Assembly (NCBI GenBank): GCA_028534125.1
Contig: CM052816.1
Span: forward strand, 42,286,001-42,350,000
DNA from: Lama glama
Taxonomy: Eukaryota
DNA length: 64,000 nucleotides
Direction: 5' to 3'
The notes under the pieces were generated by a model. It ran no database searches and was not told the DNA's origin. It was given only the letters and a program-made list of their open reading frames with translations. Positions 47,895 through 59,500 of this stretch are shown piece after piece; the stretch's first letter is position 1; the number at the start of each line of letters is the position of its first letter. A program made the translations under genes and the position numbers.

Positions 47895-50754
47895 CTCTCC
47901 TAGCTATTTACCTAACTGAAAACTTATATCCACACAAAAACCTGCACATGAATGTAACAGTTGTATTCATAATTGTCAAAAACTGGAAGCAACCAAGAAT
48001 TTCCCAATAAGTGAATGGATCAGTAAAATATGATATATTGGAAATGTATTCAGTGATTTTAAAAGATATAATCTAGACAACTATGAAAAGACATGTGTTA
48101 ATCTTAAATATATATTGCTAAGTAAAAAATCAGTATGAAAAGGCTACATACTCTGATTCCAATTGTAACACATTCCAGAAAATGCAAAACCAGTGAAACA
48201 GTAAAAAGATCAGTGGTTATGGAGGGAGAAAAAGAGTTGAGTAAGTGAGGCACCAGGGCATTGAAACTATTCTGCATGTCATTGTAATGTGGATAAATGA
48301 CACTACGAATTTGCCAAAATCCATAGCCTTGCATATCACAAGGAGTGAACCTTAATGTATACAAATTTTAAAAACATGATTTAGGAGGTCAGGTAATCTC
48401 AGGAAGGAATGCAGAATGTGATAAAACATCCTAACTATATTACAAATGTCTGAAACAGCCTCACAAAAGGAACAGAGGCAGAAGGTGCTGACTTAAAAAA
48501 TGGAAATGAGTAGTATCTATAAGACTAAAGACAAAAAAAAATCTGAACTCTTGCTTATAAAAGTTGTCTCCCCCCCGGGGATAAGTATAGGTTAACAATT
48601 CTGATCCCACTATACACAATGGTACCATTAAGAAAATGAATGGTCATTGCGAGGAGCCAGGTTTCTCACTGCTGGAGTTGGAGGTTACAAATAAAAACCA
48701 GAAGGAGACTAGAATGATCCCCGTGGTAATAGATTAGAGTTGGAGATGTCATTATGAACTTATGTTAATATAATATAGATACAGATAGTTACATATAGAG
48801 AATGTATTCATTTATACAGAGATGAACACATACATTTCCTTGTCCTGTCAGCTGAATCCATAGCAACAGCTTACATGGGCCAGATGTGATTTTTCTAATA
48901 TCGTTGTCTGGTAAAAGGTACCAAGGTCCCTTGAAAAAGTGGCTGATTCTAGGATGGGGACAGGAAATATACAAGATGAGTCTGGAGCATCTTGTAGAAC
49001 CAGTAAGGAAGTGCTCTTGCTAAAAACACAAACAAACAAAAAACGATGGAGTGTGAATAAATAAATAAGTGGGGGAAATACATCTTGCAAAAGAATTATA
49101 AATACCTTACATACTGCACCCTCAGAAGACATGCAGCATGACTCCCCATTCCTTACGTGTTTGGGCTGCATGTAGTTACTTCTTTCTGGAGTGCAGTTAG
49201 TACAGAAAGGGAGGTGGCCAGAGAAGAGTAACTTGATGATGAAGAAACACAACAAACACAACCTCAGCCAGGTGATTAAGGTGATCACCTCCGATGATAA
49301 CTCATGTTGGTGGAATGTACTCTGGATGTGATGCAACATCAGTGTCACTCTACCTCTGTGCTCCTCCTCCCAACTATCCACAACTCCAGTCTATTCATGA
49401 GAAAAACGGGCAAATCCCAACTGAGGGGCAGGCTACACACACCTGAACAGCACTTCTTAAAAGTGACAAGATTATCAAAAGCTAGGAAATTCTGACAAAC
49501 TTTCACAGTAAAGAGGAGTCTAAAGACACATGATGATTAAATGTCATGGATATCCTGGAAGATATCCTAGAACAGAAAAAGGACATTAGGGAAAATGACT
49601 AAAGATACTTGAATAAAGTATGAGCTTTAGTTAATAACAATGTATTATATGTGTTTATTAATTACACCAAACGTGCCAAACTAATGTTAAGATGTTAATA
49701 ATAGGGGAAACTAGGGGCAGGGAGGGTGAGGGTAATACAGCAACTCTCTGGACTATCTTCATAATTGTTCTGAAATCTGAAACGGTTCTAAAATTAAAAG
49801 TTTATTTTTAAAAAGTTACAAATACAAGATTACTAGTTCTAAAATATAAAGAACTACAAATCGAAAAGAAGAAAACAAACAACTCAAAATAAGAATGGGC
49901 AAAGGCTATGCACAGGATACTCACAGAAGAGAAAATCCAAATGGCCATAAAACTTAAACAAACAAACCAAAAAAAGACATTGACCTTATCAGTGGACAAA
50001 GCGAAATAGGAAATAAAACATGATACTGTTTCTTAACCATCAGTTTTTGGCCTACGTTTAAAAGAGTAAAAATATCTGGTGTTCAGAAAAATGGACACTC
50101 TTCTACATTGCTGATGGAAGCATGAAATGCTACAACATTTTGCAAAGTAATGTGGCAATGTCTATTACAATAAGAAACACATATACAACTTGATTTACCA
50201 ATTGTACTTTGGGGAATCTATCCCACAGCAATAAAAGCACCAAAACGAAAAGATACATGCGTAACAGTTATCATTGTTACACTGTAATGCTGTTACACAG
50301 TATTTTTAGTGGTGAAAAATTAGAAACCTTAATGTCCATTAATAGGGTAATGGTTATACATTATAGTATACCCACATTGTAGGATATTATGCAGCTATGA
50401 AAAGAATATAATGAATATCTATTAACCTGAGAGATGCTAATTATATAACGTAATTTTAAGTGGTAAAAGAAAACTACAGAATAGTATGTATGATGTGAAA
50501 GTATTTTAAAAACCTGAATGTTCCTTTATATTTAAATATTTTTGGAAGACTACACAGCTGGCTGTTAACATCAGTTACAACAAAAAAGTGGATGGAGCTT
50601 TAGATTTAATCTGTTACTCCTCATATACAAATAGTCTAAATTAAATTAAAGTAAATTAACATAAAATAAAACTTCAAGTATGACTGTCATATGTTAAATT
50701 TCACTGAGGAACGTTCAGGAAAAAATGAATGCCAGAACTATACCAACAACTCAC

Positions 50755-50832
50755 ATGATCACTGTCTGGAAGCAACACTGTAACACAGTAATATGAGAAG
50801 ATATTCTCCATGGGCCCACAGTAACCTACTTT
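50755..50832 (-). other. Candidate 78-nt exon (open in phase 0: KVGYCGPMENIFSYYCVTVLLPDSDH)
   Basis: Acceptor tgctttttctcttgttgcag, donor CAT|gtgagt; peptide not recognised. Confidence 0.25.
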
Positions 50833-52087
50833 CTGCAACAAGAGAAAAAGCACCAAGTTGTTTATTTTTATCAGTGACCTACATGAGAGAAATGAGCCCA
50901 GTAAGTCTATATTTGCCTCCATGGGGAATACAATTGTTAACTTCCTAGAAATTGGAAAAGGGTTCAAATTAGCTGTGACAATTCAGAGAAACAGCATTTC
51001 TGAAAATAAAATGAAGTCCAGGGTATGTAAGTACAAAATCATATACAAGAAAATCAAAAATAACAAATTCAACTCAGGTGACATCAACAATCATGAGTGA
51101 TATCTGAAATCTGAAGTCCAGTCAGTAGGAGTCACAGGGTATAAAAATAAACACAAACCCAACTGGGTAAATCTAGAAAAAGCCAGAAAAGAGAAAAGCT
51201 AGCAGAATATTTGAAAATGGCTCCATCTCTTCTATACACAACACAGTCAAAACGTCATTCAGCAACACAGATGAAAGATGGCATCTGAAGCAACTCAATC
51301 TAACTATTAAGCATTTGGCTGTAGTTATAATGGTACACTGTTTGACACAAAGTAGTGTCAATGAATGTATTTTGAAGGAAGGGGGAGAGGAAAGAAGAGA
51401 AGAATAGAGGAAGGCAATTAATTAAAACTAAAGTAAATAAAGAGACTAATGAAAGTCTCCAATAGAAAAATAACTAAGCTTAAATTTGAAGATTATGAAC
51501 ATAAAAAGAACTTACAGAGTTTTGTAGACTAAAAGAACAAACAGAAGTAAAACTACAGTTTTATAGCCAACCTGGTTAGCAACCAATCTTGCAAATAGAA
51601 GAAAAAGATGTCCCAGTCATAGCAAACCTCCAAAATGTGAATTTTATGAGCAAGCTTGAAGCACCCACTGGATTTATATTAAGTTTTCTAGACAAATGGA
51701 CCAAAGACAACAGCCACAAGGAGTAGGGTAAAGAGGAATCTACATACCAAATAAAAACATCAGTGCATTTCAGATTAGAGCATCCAAAATATTAAGAAGT
51801 TGGCAGGTAAGAGTCAGGCCCAGAGGCAGCAAAATTATAGTGCTTCCTTTCGTAACCATGCCTGTATCTTAACCCCAAAGGATCTCACAAATAAACATAA
51901 AATTTTTAAAAAGCCTTACTTACACTCAAGGCATTTACTGCAGCAAAAAGAAGAGAGGGTAGAAAAGAACAAACTATGACCATTAAAAGAGAAATTAACA
52001 GATTTATAAATATGTCCTCTCTGGTTCAAAGGACACTTTTGATTTCGTGCCTTAAAACACTCGAGAAACAACATATATTCCCCTAGA

Positions 52088-52219
52088 GGGGGGAAGGTAT
52101 AGCTCAGTGGTAGAGTGTATGCCTAGCATGCACAAGGTCCTGGATTAAATCCCCAGTACCTCTATCAAAAAAATTTAAAAATAAGTAAACCTAAATTACC
52201 TCCCTCTGCCAAAAAAAAA

Positions 52220-52220
<1 letters not shown>
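52088..52220 (+). mobile_element. Camelid tRNA-derived SINE (Vic-1 type)
   Basis: A box 'tagctcagtgg', degenerate B box 'ggattaaatcc', body 'taaacctaaattacctccc', A tail. Confidence 0.9.

Positions 52221-52222
<2 letters not shown>

Positions 52223-52298
<76 letters not shown>
52223..52298. repeat. (AC)16(AT)22 compound microsatellite at the SINE tail
   Basis: Read directly from the sequence. Confidence 0.95.
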
Positions 52299-52304
<6 letters not shown>

Positions 52305-52364
52305 TTTAAAATTTTGTCCTACAAATTTTAAGTGAGATAATTTTGAGAGAAAAGGATGTGAGGA

Positions 52365-52530
52365 AGAGGCAGAATGATGCAAAAAGTGCTAGAACAGGAG
52401 TCAGGAACCTTGGGTCTTGGCTCTGCCTCTGATTAACTGAGGGGCCCTAGAGTTTTCTATGAGATTCTCTGTAACATGAGAGACATGAAGTACTCCACTC
52501 CAATGCTTCATGTAACTGAAATGTCTTCTG
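52365..52530 (+). mobile_element. MIR SINE (degraded)
   Basis: 'gaggcagaatgatgcaaaaagtgctagaacaggagtcaggaaccttgggtcttggctctgcctctgattaactga'. Confidence 0.65.
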
Positions 52531-53179
52531 TTTTGCTTTAAGTAGAAACTTACCCGTGCTTATAGTTCTGAGGTTAAGACAGTTCCCCATATTTTGCTTC
52601 TGAAAATAAGGCTATAGTCAAATTTTAGCCAATAATGTTTTTATTACAAATTCTTATAATATTTTAAATTCTCACCTGGAACTGCAATGGTCCAGACCAG
52701 TGGTTTAAAAAACTTGTTTTGGAATAATGAAACCATTGGTCAACAGGCTTGTTTCAAAGACTGATATACAAAATAGAAAACGAAAGCTGCTTTGTTGAAG
52801 AGGGCTCAAGGGATGTAGGAGGGGAAGGGTAGAGTTCTGCTTACTCTACATCATCACTGTGCCTTTCCAGGGGCCCCTGAGGACTGCCACTGAAACCTAA
52901 GAAAGTCAGTGTAATGTGACAGCTTATCACAAAGGAGTAGTGTGTGCATACGTATTTGGAAACAAAGGTTGAAGAACACAACTCTGTTTAAACTGTTGCA
53001 AAACCTCTGTTTCTACAGTGAGGGGACTAATATCATTTGGCCTTCAGTTGGTGTGAATTAATCACAAACATGAATGCAAACTTCAGCACTGAAAGGTCCC
53101 TACAGTTCACTGTTATAAAATAGGTTTCCAGGGGATCCAAAATATTCTAATATAAATTATTTTTAGAATACTATCAAAA

Positions 53180-56100
53180 TGAAAATACAAACATAAAATC
53201 CAAAACTGTATTAGAGAGATGCTAACTAGTAAAAGGAAAACATGAAAGTATAAAACTCACTGGTAAAGGTAAATATACAGTTAAATTCAGAATATTCTAA
53301 TATTGTAATGGTTGTGGTAATAAAATTTTGGTATAAAGATGAAATGACAAAAGTATTAAAAATAGCTATAACTACAATAAATTGTTAGTGGATATCCTAA
53401 CAAAGATGTAAATTATGACATCAAAAACATAAAATGAGGGGGTAAAATGTTGAGTTTTGGAGTGCACTTGAAATTAAGTTGTTGTTAGCTCAAAATAGAC
53501 TGCTATTAATATAAGTTTTTTTATGTACGCCTCATGGTAACCACAAAGCAAAAACCTATAGTAAATATATAAAAGATAAAGAAAAAGGAATCAAAGTATA
53601 CCACTACAAAAATCATCAAATCACAAAGGAAGAGAACAAGAGAGAAAGAAAGAGATGAAGGAATTACAAAACAAACAGGAAACAATGAACAAAGTGGGAA
53701 TAGTAAGTAGTAAATTCATATCTATAAATAGTTACTTTAAATGTAAATGGACTAAATTATCCAATAAAAAAAAACATATAATGGCTGAATGGATAAAAAC
53801 ACAAGGCTTGCTGTCTCCAAGGGACTCAATTCAGCTTCCCACTTTAAAGTGGAAGAATTGAAAAAAATATATTTTATGCAAATGGAAGGCAAAAGAAAGC
53901 AGGGTAGCTATACTTATATCAACAAAATACACTTTAAGCCAAAAACAGTAATAAGACACAAAAAGGCCATTATGTAATGATAAAGGAATCAATTCATCAA
54001 AAGAAAAAAGTCTGTATACATTTATGCACCCAACATATGGGCACTTAAATATATAAAACAAATATTAACAGATCAGAAAGGAGAAACAGACAGCAATACA
54101 ATAAGAGTAGGGTACTTCCATACCCCACTTCAACATTGGAGAATTCATCCAGACAGAAAATCAATAAGGAAACATTAGATTTAAACTATATGTTAGACCA
54201 GATAGTTCTAACATACATCTACAGAACATTCCATCCAACAATAGCAGAAAACATATTCTTCTCAAGTACACATGAAACTCTACTAGGATAGATCATATGT
54301 TAGGCCTTAATAAATTTAATTTATTTTTTAAATTAATTTAGTTAAGCCTTAATAAACAAGTTTTAATAAATTTAAATGATTGAAATCATATGAAGCATCT
54401 TTTCTGACCATGTTGGTATGAAACTAGGAATCAATCACAAGAAGAAAACTAGAAAATTCACCAATATGTGGAGATTAAACAACATGCTACTGAATAATCA
54501 GTGAGTCAAAGAGGAAATCAAAGGAGAGATTTTTTTTAAATCTTGGAAAAAATGGAAATGCAAACCCAACATAACAAAAGTCATGTGATACTTAAGTTTT
54601 GTTTTTGTTTTTGTTTTTGTTTTTTAAGATGAACAAAATAGGCAACTCTTTAGCTAGACTTACTGAGGGGAAGAAAAGAAGATGCAATAAGTAAAATCAG
54701 AAATAGAAAGAGGAACTATTAAAAGTGGTACCACAGAAATACAAAAGGCTCGTAAGAGACCATTATGAACAATTATATGTCAACAAGTTGGACAACCTAG
54801 AAGAAATGCATAAATTCCTAGAAACATACAAATTAACAAGACTGAATTATGAAGAAATAGAACATCTGAACAAAGCAATTACTATTCAAGAGACTGAATC
54901 AATAATAGAAAACCTCCCAACAAAGAAAAGTCCAGGACCAAGTGGCTTCACTAATGAATTTTACCAGACATTTAAAGAACTACCAATCCTTCTCAAACTC
55001 TTCTGAAAAAGAGAAGAGAAACATATTTTACAAGGCTAGCATTACCCAGATACAAGGCAGACAAGGACACTACAAGAAAGAAGATTACAGACCAATATCC
55101 CTGATGAACACAGATGCAAAACTCCTCAACAAAATATTAGCAAACCTAATTCAATGATACATTAAAAGGATCATACTCCATGATCAATTAGTATTTATTG
55201 CAGGGATGCAACGATAGTTCAACATCCAAAATCAATCAATGTGATACACCGCATTAAGAAAATGAAGGCTGAAAATCACATGATCATATCAATAGATGCA
55301 GAAAAAGCATCTAATAAAATTTAACAACCTTTCAAGATAAAATCTCTCAACAAACTGGGTATAGAAGAAATGTACCTCAACATAACAAAGGCCATATATG
55401 ACAAGCCCACAGCTAACATCATACTCTGTAGTGAAAAGCTAAAAGCTTTTCCTCTAAGATCAGGAAAAAAAACAAGAATGCCTACATTCACTACTTTTAT
55501 TCAAAATAGTACTGAAAGTCCTAACCAGAGGAATTGGCAATAAAAATACGTAAAAAGCATCCAAATCAGAAGGAAAGACATAAAATTTTCTCTATTTGCA
55601 CATAGCATGGTATTACATATGGAAAACCCTAAAGACTTCACCCTAAAATGTTTAAAATTAATAAATAAATTCAGTGAAAGTGTAAAATACAAAATCAACA
55701 TACAAAAATCAGTTGCATTTCTATGTATTAATAACAAACTATCCAAAAGAGAAATTAAGAACATCTCATTTGCAATTGCATCAAAAGAATACCTAGAAAT
55801 AAATTTAATAAAGGAAGGAGGTGAAAAACCTACGCACTGAAAACTGTAAGACATTGATGAAAGAAATTGAAGAAGACACAAATAAATGAAAAGATATTCT
55901 GTGCTCGGGAAAGAACTAATATTGTTAAAATGTTCATAATACCCAAGAAGGAAATTCTATTTGTGACAACATGAGTAACATGGTGGGTATTATGCTACTT
56001 GAAATAAAATAAACAGAGAAAGACAAACACTGCATGTAGCACTAATATGTGGAATCTTAAAAAAAAAAAAAAGTCAAACTGATAGGAACAGAGAGTAAAA

Positions 56101-56430
56101 GTGGTTGCCAGGGCTAGGAGGTGGAGGAAAATAGGGAGAGATTGGTAAAAGGGTATAAACTGTCAGTCAGAAGATGAATAAAGTCTGAGTATCTAATGTA
56201 TAACACGGTGATTATAGTAGATAACACTGTATTGTGTAATTTAAGAAAGTAGAACTTCACCAAAAAAAAAAAAAGGTCAATATGTGAAGTGACAGATGTG
56301 TTCATTAACTTGATGGGGGGAATCCTTTCACAATGTACACATGTATCAAATCATCACAACGTACACTTCAGATATCTTACAATTTTATTTTTCAACTATA
56401 ACTCAATTTTTAAAAGGTAAAAAAAAAACT
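53180..56430 (+). mobile_element. L1MA8/9-like element: inter-ORF region, degraded ORF2 EN/RT, internal deletions, 3' UTR
   Basis: ORF2 peptides '[21 protein letters not shown]...[19 protein letters not shown]', '[20 protein letters not shown]', 'KYKINIQKSVAFL'; many stops; 3' UTR 55948-56430. Confidence 0.9.
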
Positions 56431-56899
56431 ACTATAATTTCAGATCCACAAGAATATGCCTTTACCCCCCTAGATGTCTTCTGACTCCTCTCTGATTAAA
56501 ACTGACTTCAGGAAGGGCAATATAGTTTGAGTTTTCCTTCTCAGAAATCTCTAAGTTATATATCACATCTTTGAAAAAATCACTTTACTTTGGAGGCAAA
56601 GAATGGTAACTGGCACAGACTTTAATGATAAATATGTACATCAAGAGTCCCAGTTTTAGCCAATCTGTGCCCCTACTGGGACTCAGCCATGGCTGGGTCC
56701 TTGTGACGACCAGAGGGATTGCTCCCCATCCCACCGGAGGCCTATTTGTGTCAGTCAATTTGTAGGTTTGGTATGGGGAGCAGAAAAGACCTATATGAAA
56801 GCCGAAATATGAGATAGCGAGGCCCATGGATTCTCTGAATCATAGGACAGAGAACATCTGAATAAAGAAGTCTTTCACTCAACTAATATTTGTGGACTG

Positions 56900-57745
56900 C
56901 TTACTATACGATAGCAACAGGAATACAGTGAAAAAGCCAATGGTTCCTGCCTCTGGTAGAAAGAGAAATAGAACATAAACAAATCATAATCTTAACAAGT
57001 GCAGTGAGACAAATAAAGCAGTGTGGTAAATGGGGACATCTGCAGTAGGTAGAAAGAGAAGATCTCCCCAAGGAGGAATATGTGAACCAAGATGGAAGGA
57101 TGAGAAAAGAAGTGGGATGAGAGGGAGAAAGATGTGTCCCAGAGGCAGCAAGAATCAGAGCCCTAACGCAGTAGAAAGATTCACACCCAAAACACAGGCA
57201 GGCAGTGCGGCTGGAGCCTGCTGGGTAGTGGGTGGTACAGGGTGAAGGGCCAGCCTCCCCCCAGCAACACAGAGGTTTGCAGTCTATCCTCAAGGTGAAG
57301 GGGTACCCACTGGTAGATTTTTAACAAAGAAGTACCTAGATTTTATTTTGTTTCCATGTATCTCTCTGCTGTGGAAGGAAGGAGCAATAGACAGCAAGAG
57401 TGAGAAAAGGTGGTTAGAATGGAGATTAGAATTCTCTTGCAGCTGTCCAGGAAGGAAATGATGGTGTCCTAGGACCCAGAGTGGCAGTGGAATAGGAGAC
57501 AAGTAAATAGTTTCAGAGTTTATTTTGGAGCTAGAACCTCAGAATTGCTGATGGGTTGGTTGTGGGAGGTAAGGAAAAAGCAGAGTCAAGAATGAGTCCT
57601 GGAGGGGAGGGTATAGCTCAGTGGTAGAGTGTGTGACTAGCATGCACGAGGTCCTGGGTTCAACTCCCAGTACCTCCTTTAAAATAAACCTGGTTACTAC
57701 CCCAACCCTCCCACCAAAGGTTTTGGTATAAGTGATGGGATGTTT
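56900..57745 (-). mobile_element. L2 LINE, interrupted by a SINE
   Basis: 'gtccaggaaggaaatgatggtgtcctaggacccagagtggcagtggaataggagacaag...ttttggagctagaacc...gagtcaagaatgagtcct' resumes as 'aaggttttggtataagtga'. Confidence 0.75.
57601..57716 (+). mobile_element. Camelid tRNA-derived SINE (Vic-1 type)
   Basis: 'ggggagggtatagctcagtggtagagtgtgtgactagcatgcacgaggtcctgggttcaactcccagtacctcc' with A and B boxes. Confidence 0.9.
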
Positions 57746-59084
57746 GGTCGGAGCTTAGATGGGGAGTCAGGGAGAAGTCGGGGCAATATTGGGAGAATAA
57801 CTCAAGATGCTGACTAATGTTACCCAGACTTCAGGGGAGGACCTCCATTTCTTGAGATCTAGATATGACGTCCTTGAACCCTCAGCTCTCTGGCCTGGGA
57901 AGAAATAAATCTCCCTAAGATTTCTTTTTTTTTTTTCCTCAAGGTCTTAGGATTTCATCACTATCCTGTGTTTCTGCCTCCTGTGTCCTCACCTCCTACC
58001 TCCATTCACCCTGTCAATCCTTCAATCATTTTCTTTTTCCTCCTTGTATTTTTAAAATAGATGCTTGTTTCTTTATTTGGTACATTTATTTATTGCAAAA
58101 CTAATGGTGCTGTATGTAACATCACAGAATTGGCATACTGATTTCAACAGAGCACAATTAATTGTAGGGGATGCCTTACAATGCCACACTCCAGGGGAAA
58201 AACAAAGGCAATCAAGACAATCTATAACAATTAATACTTTTTAGAAACAGCTTCATCATTTTTGAAATTGTACACATGTTTATACTTGTAAAAGGCTTAT
58301 TACATTTTCTAAATTATTTCTTGTTCTCACTAGAGTCCCTGTCACTGAAGTCACATTGTTCTTAGTACATATAATGTAGAGAAATATCTCTGATGTTATT
58401 CTAAACCTAATTATTTTCAAATGGCTCTAGAAGCGGCCCCAAGTTCTTTATTTCACGTATTCCTGCGCCAGGGATGGTAACCTGTGTATCAAGGTTTTCA
58501 TATTACTGTGAATAATTTCTTCCTAGTAAAAGCCATGATTCATGACAGTTCCTGATGGAGAGCATGTCCTGTTATAATCTCTCCTTCATCTCATCTGGTG
58601 CAGCGTTGGCCAGAGGGCAGGGAACCAGGACATCCCAGCTTCTCAAAACAGAATTCTGGTGAAAAACACGTGTGCGTATTGATAGCTGCCTCTCTCACCC
58701 ACAAATTCACAAAACAAATTCACTCACACGTGGCATTCTCGGAATCTTTACTACTTTCATGAAGATCTGAGGGCTCAGTAAGACCATAACCAGACAGACT
58801 CATAACCTGTTTAAAACACCTGCAAATTTTAAATAAAAGCATGGAAAACTATCTTGGAGGAGATTAAGAACAAATATGTGCTGTATAACTGGTCAAGATT
58901 ACATTTTTTTTACTTTTATCAAAAAAAGATTTATTGTACATCTGTAAGAGACCCGAAACTCTAGGCGCTAATGACAGAGAAGAGTGTAAATGGACACAAT
59001 CCCCTACTGTCAGGAGGCTCAAGGGTCTCAGAGTCTTTGTTTTATCTTTTCAGCTGCAAGCGGAAGCAAACGTATCCAACTTAC

Positions 59085-59102
59085 CCTGGGTCTCTGGTAA
59101 GC
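59085..59102 (-). other. Candidate 18-nt microexon of an unidentified host gene
   Basis: Minus strand: ctttcccttaccgttttttttaaag|GCTTACCAGAGACCCAGG|gtaagt; splice signals only, no homology recognised. Confidence 0.3.
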
Positions 59103-59307
59103 CTTTAAAAAAAACGGTAAGGGAAAGTCTAATAGAAGCACTATCAGTGGTTCTAATTATTTCACAACTTTCAAGCCAACTCTAATATTAAATGAGATAA
59201 AACATTAAAGGTCCCCAGGCATTACCCGGGGCAATGCAGGCACTGGGGCAGTATCAGTCAGCCTGCCCTTTCCTTTGTTTGGTGTACATTTAAAGAAAGT
59301 TGTACTA

Positions 59308-59500
59308 TCCTTCTAAACTGGGGTTCTGCAAGTGAATTAAGCCCTAATGCCCAAAGGCATCCATTGGATGTAATGATTTCTCTCCTATGCACCCAGAAGG
59401 GTACTTACCTAAGTACCACTCTTAGGAGACTTGAAAAAAAATGACCACTCAAATCATTTTCAGTAGAGTTTAGTTCTCTCATACAAACCTCAGCTAAAGT
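59308..59500. mobile_element. hAT-Charlie-like MER fragment
   Basis: 'ttctaaactggggttctg...gaattaagccctaatgccc...tccattggatgtaatgatttctctcctatgca...cactcaaatcatttt'. Confidence 0.5.

Larger units (their letters stand above)
44926..49812 (+). mobile_element. L1MC3-like element (degraded ORF2 plus long 3' UTR) hosting four later insertions
   Basis: ORF2-like tracts ('GIERNFLKLIKNIYKRPT', 'aaagctacagtaatcaagatagtgtggtactggc'); L1MC3-type 3' UTR 'ggaggtcaggtaatctcaggaaggaatgcagaatgtg...aggggaaactagggg...aaagtttattttta'. Confidence 0.8.
44800..50620 (+). mobile_element. Ancient L1ME-like element, split into ~44800-44925 and ~49813-50620
   Basis: 'aatggagataatatttgcaaaatc' resumes after the L1MC3 as 'aaatataaagaactacaaatcgaaaagaagaaaacaaacaactcaaaataagaatgggcaaagg'. 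Confidence 0.6.

Noticed and set aside
52088..57716. tRNA-like sequences with A and B boxes (also 36531-36660)
   Set aside because: They continue into a shared SINE body and tail and carry substitutions that break the cloverleaf; they are SINE heads, not tRNA genes.
58598..58625. CTCF site (tggccagagggcag); also gccccccaggggggc at 26818-26832
   Set aside because: Only partial matches to the core, with mismatches at informative positions; not supportable without a PWM score.
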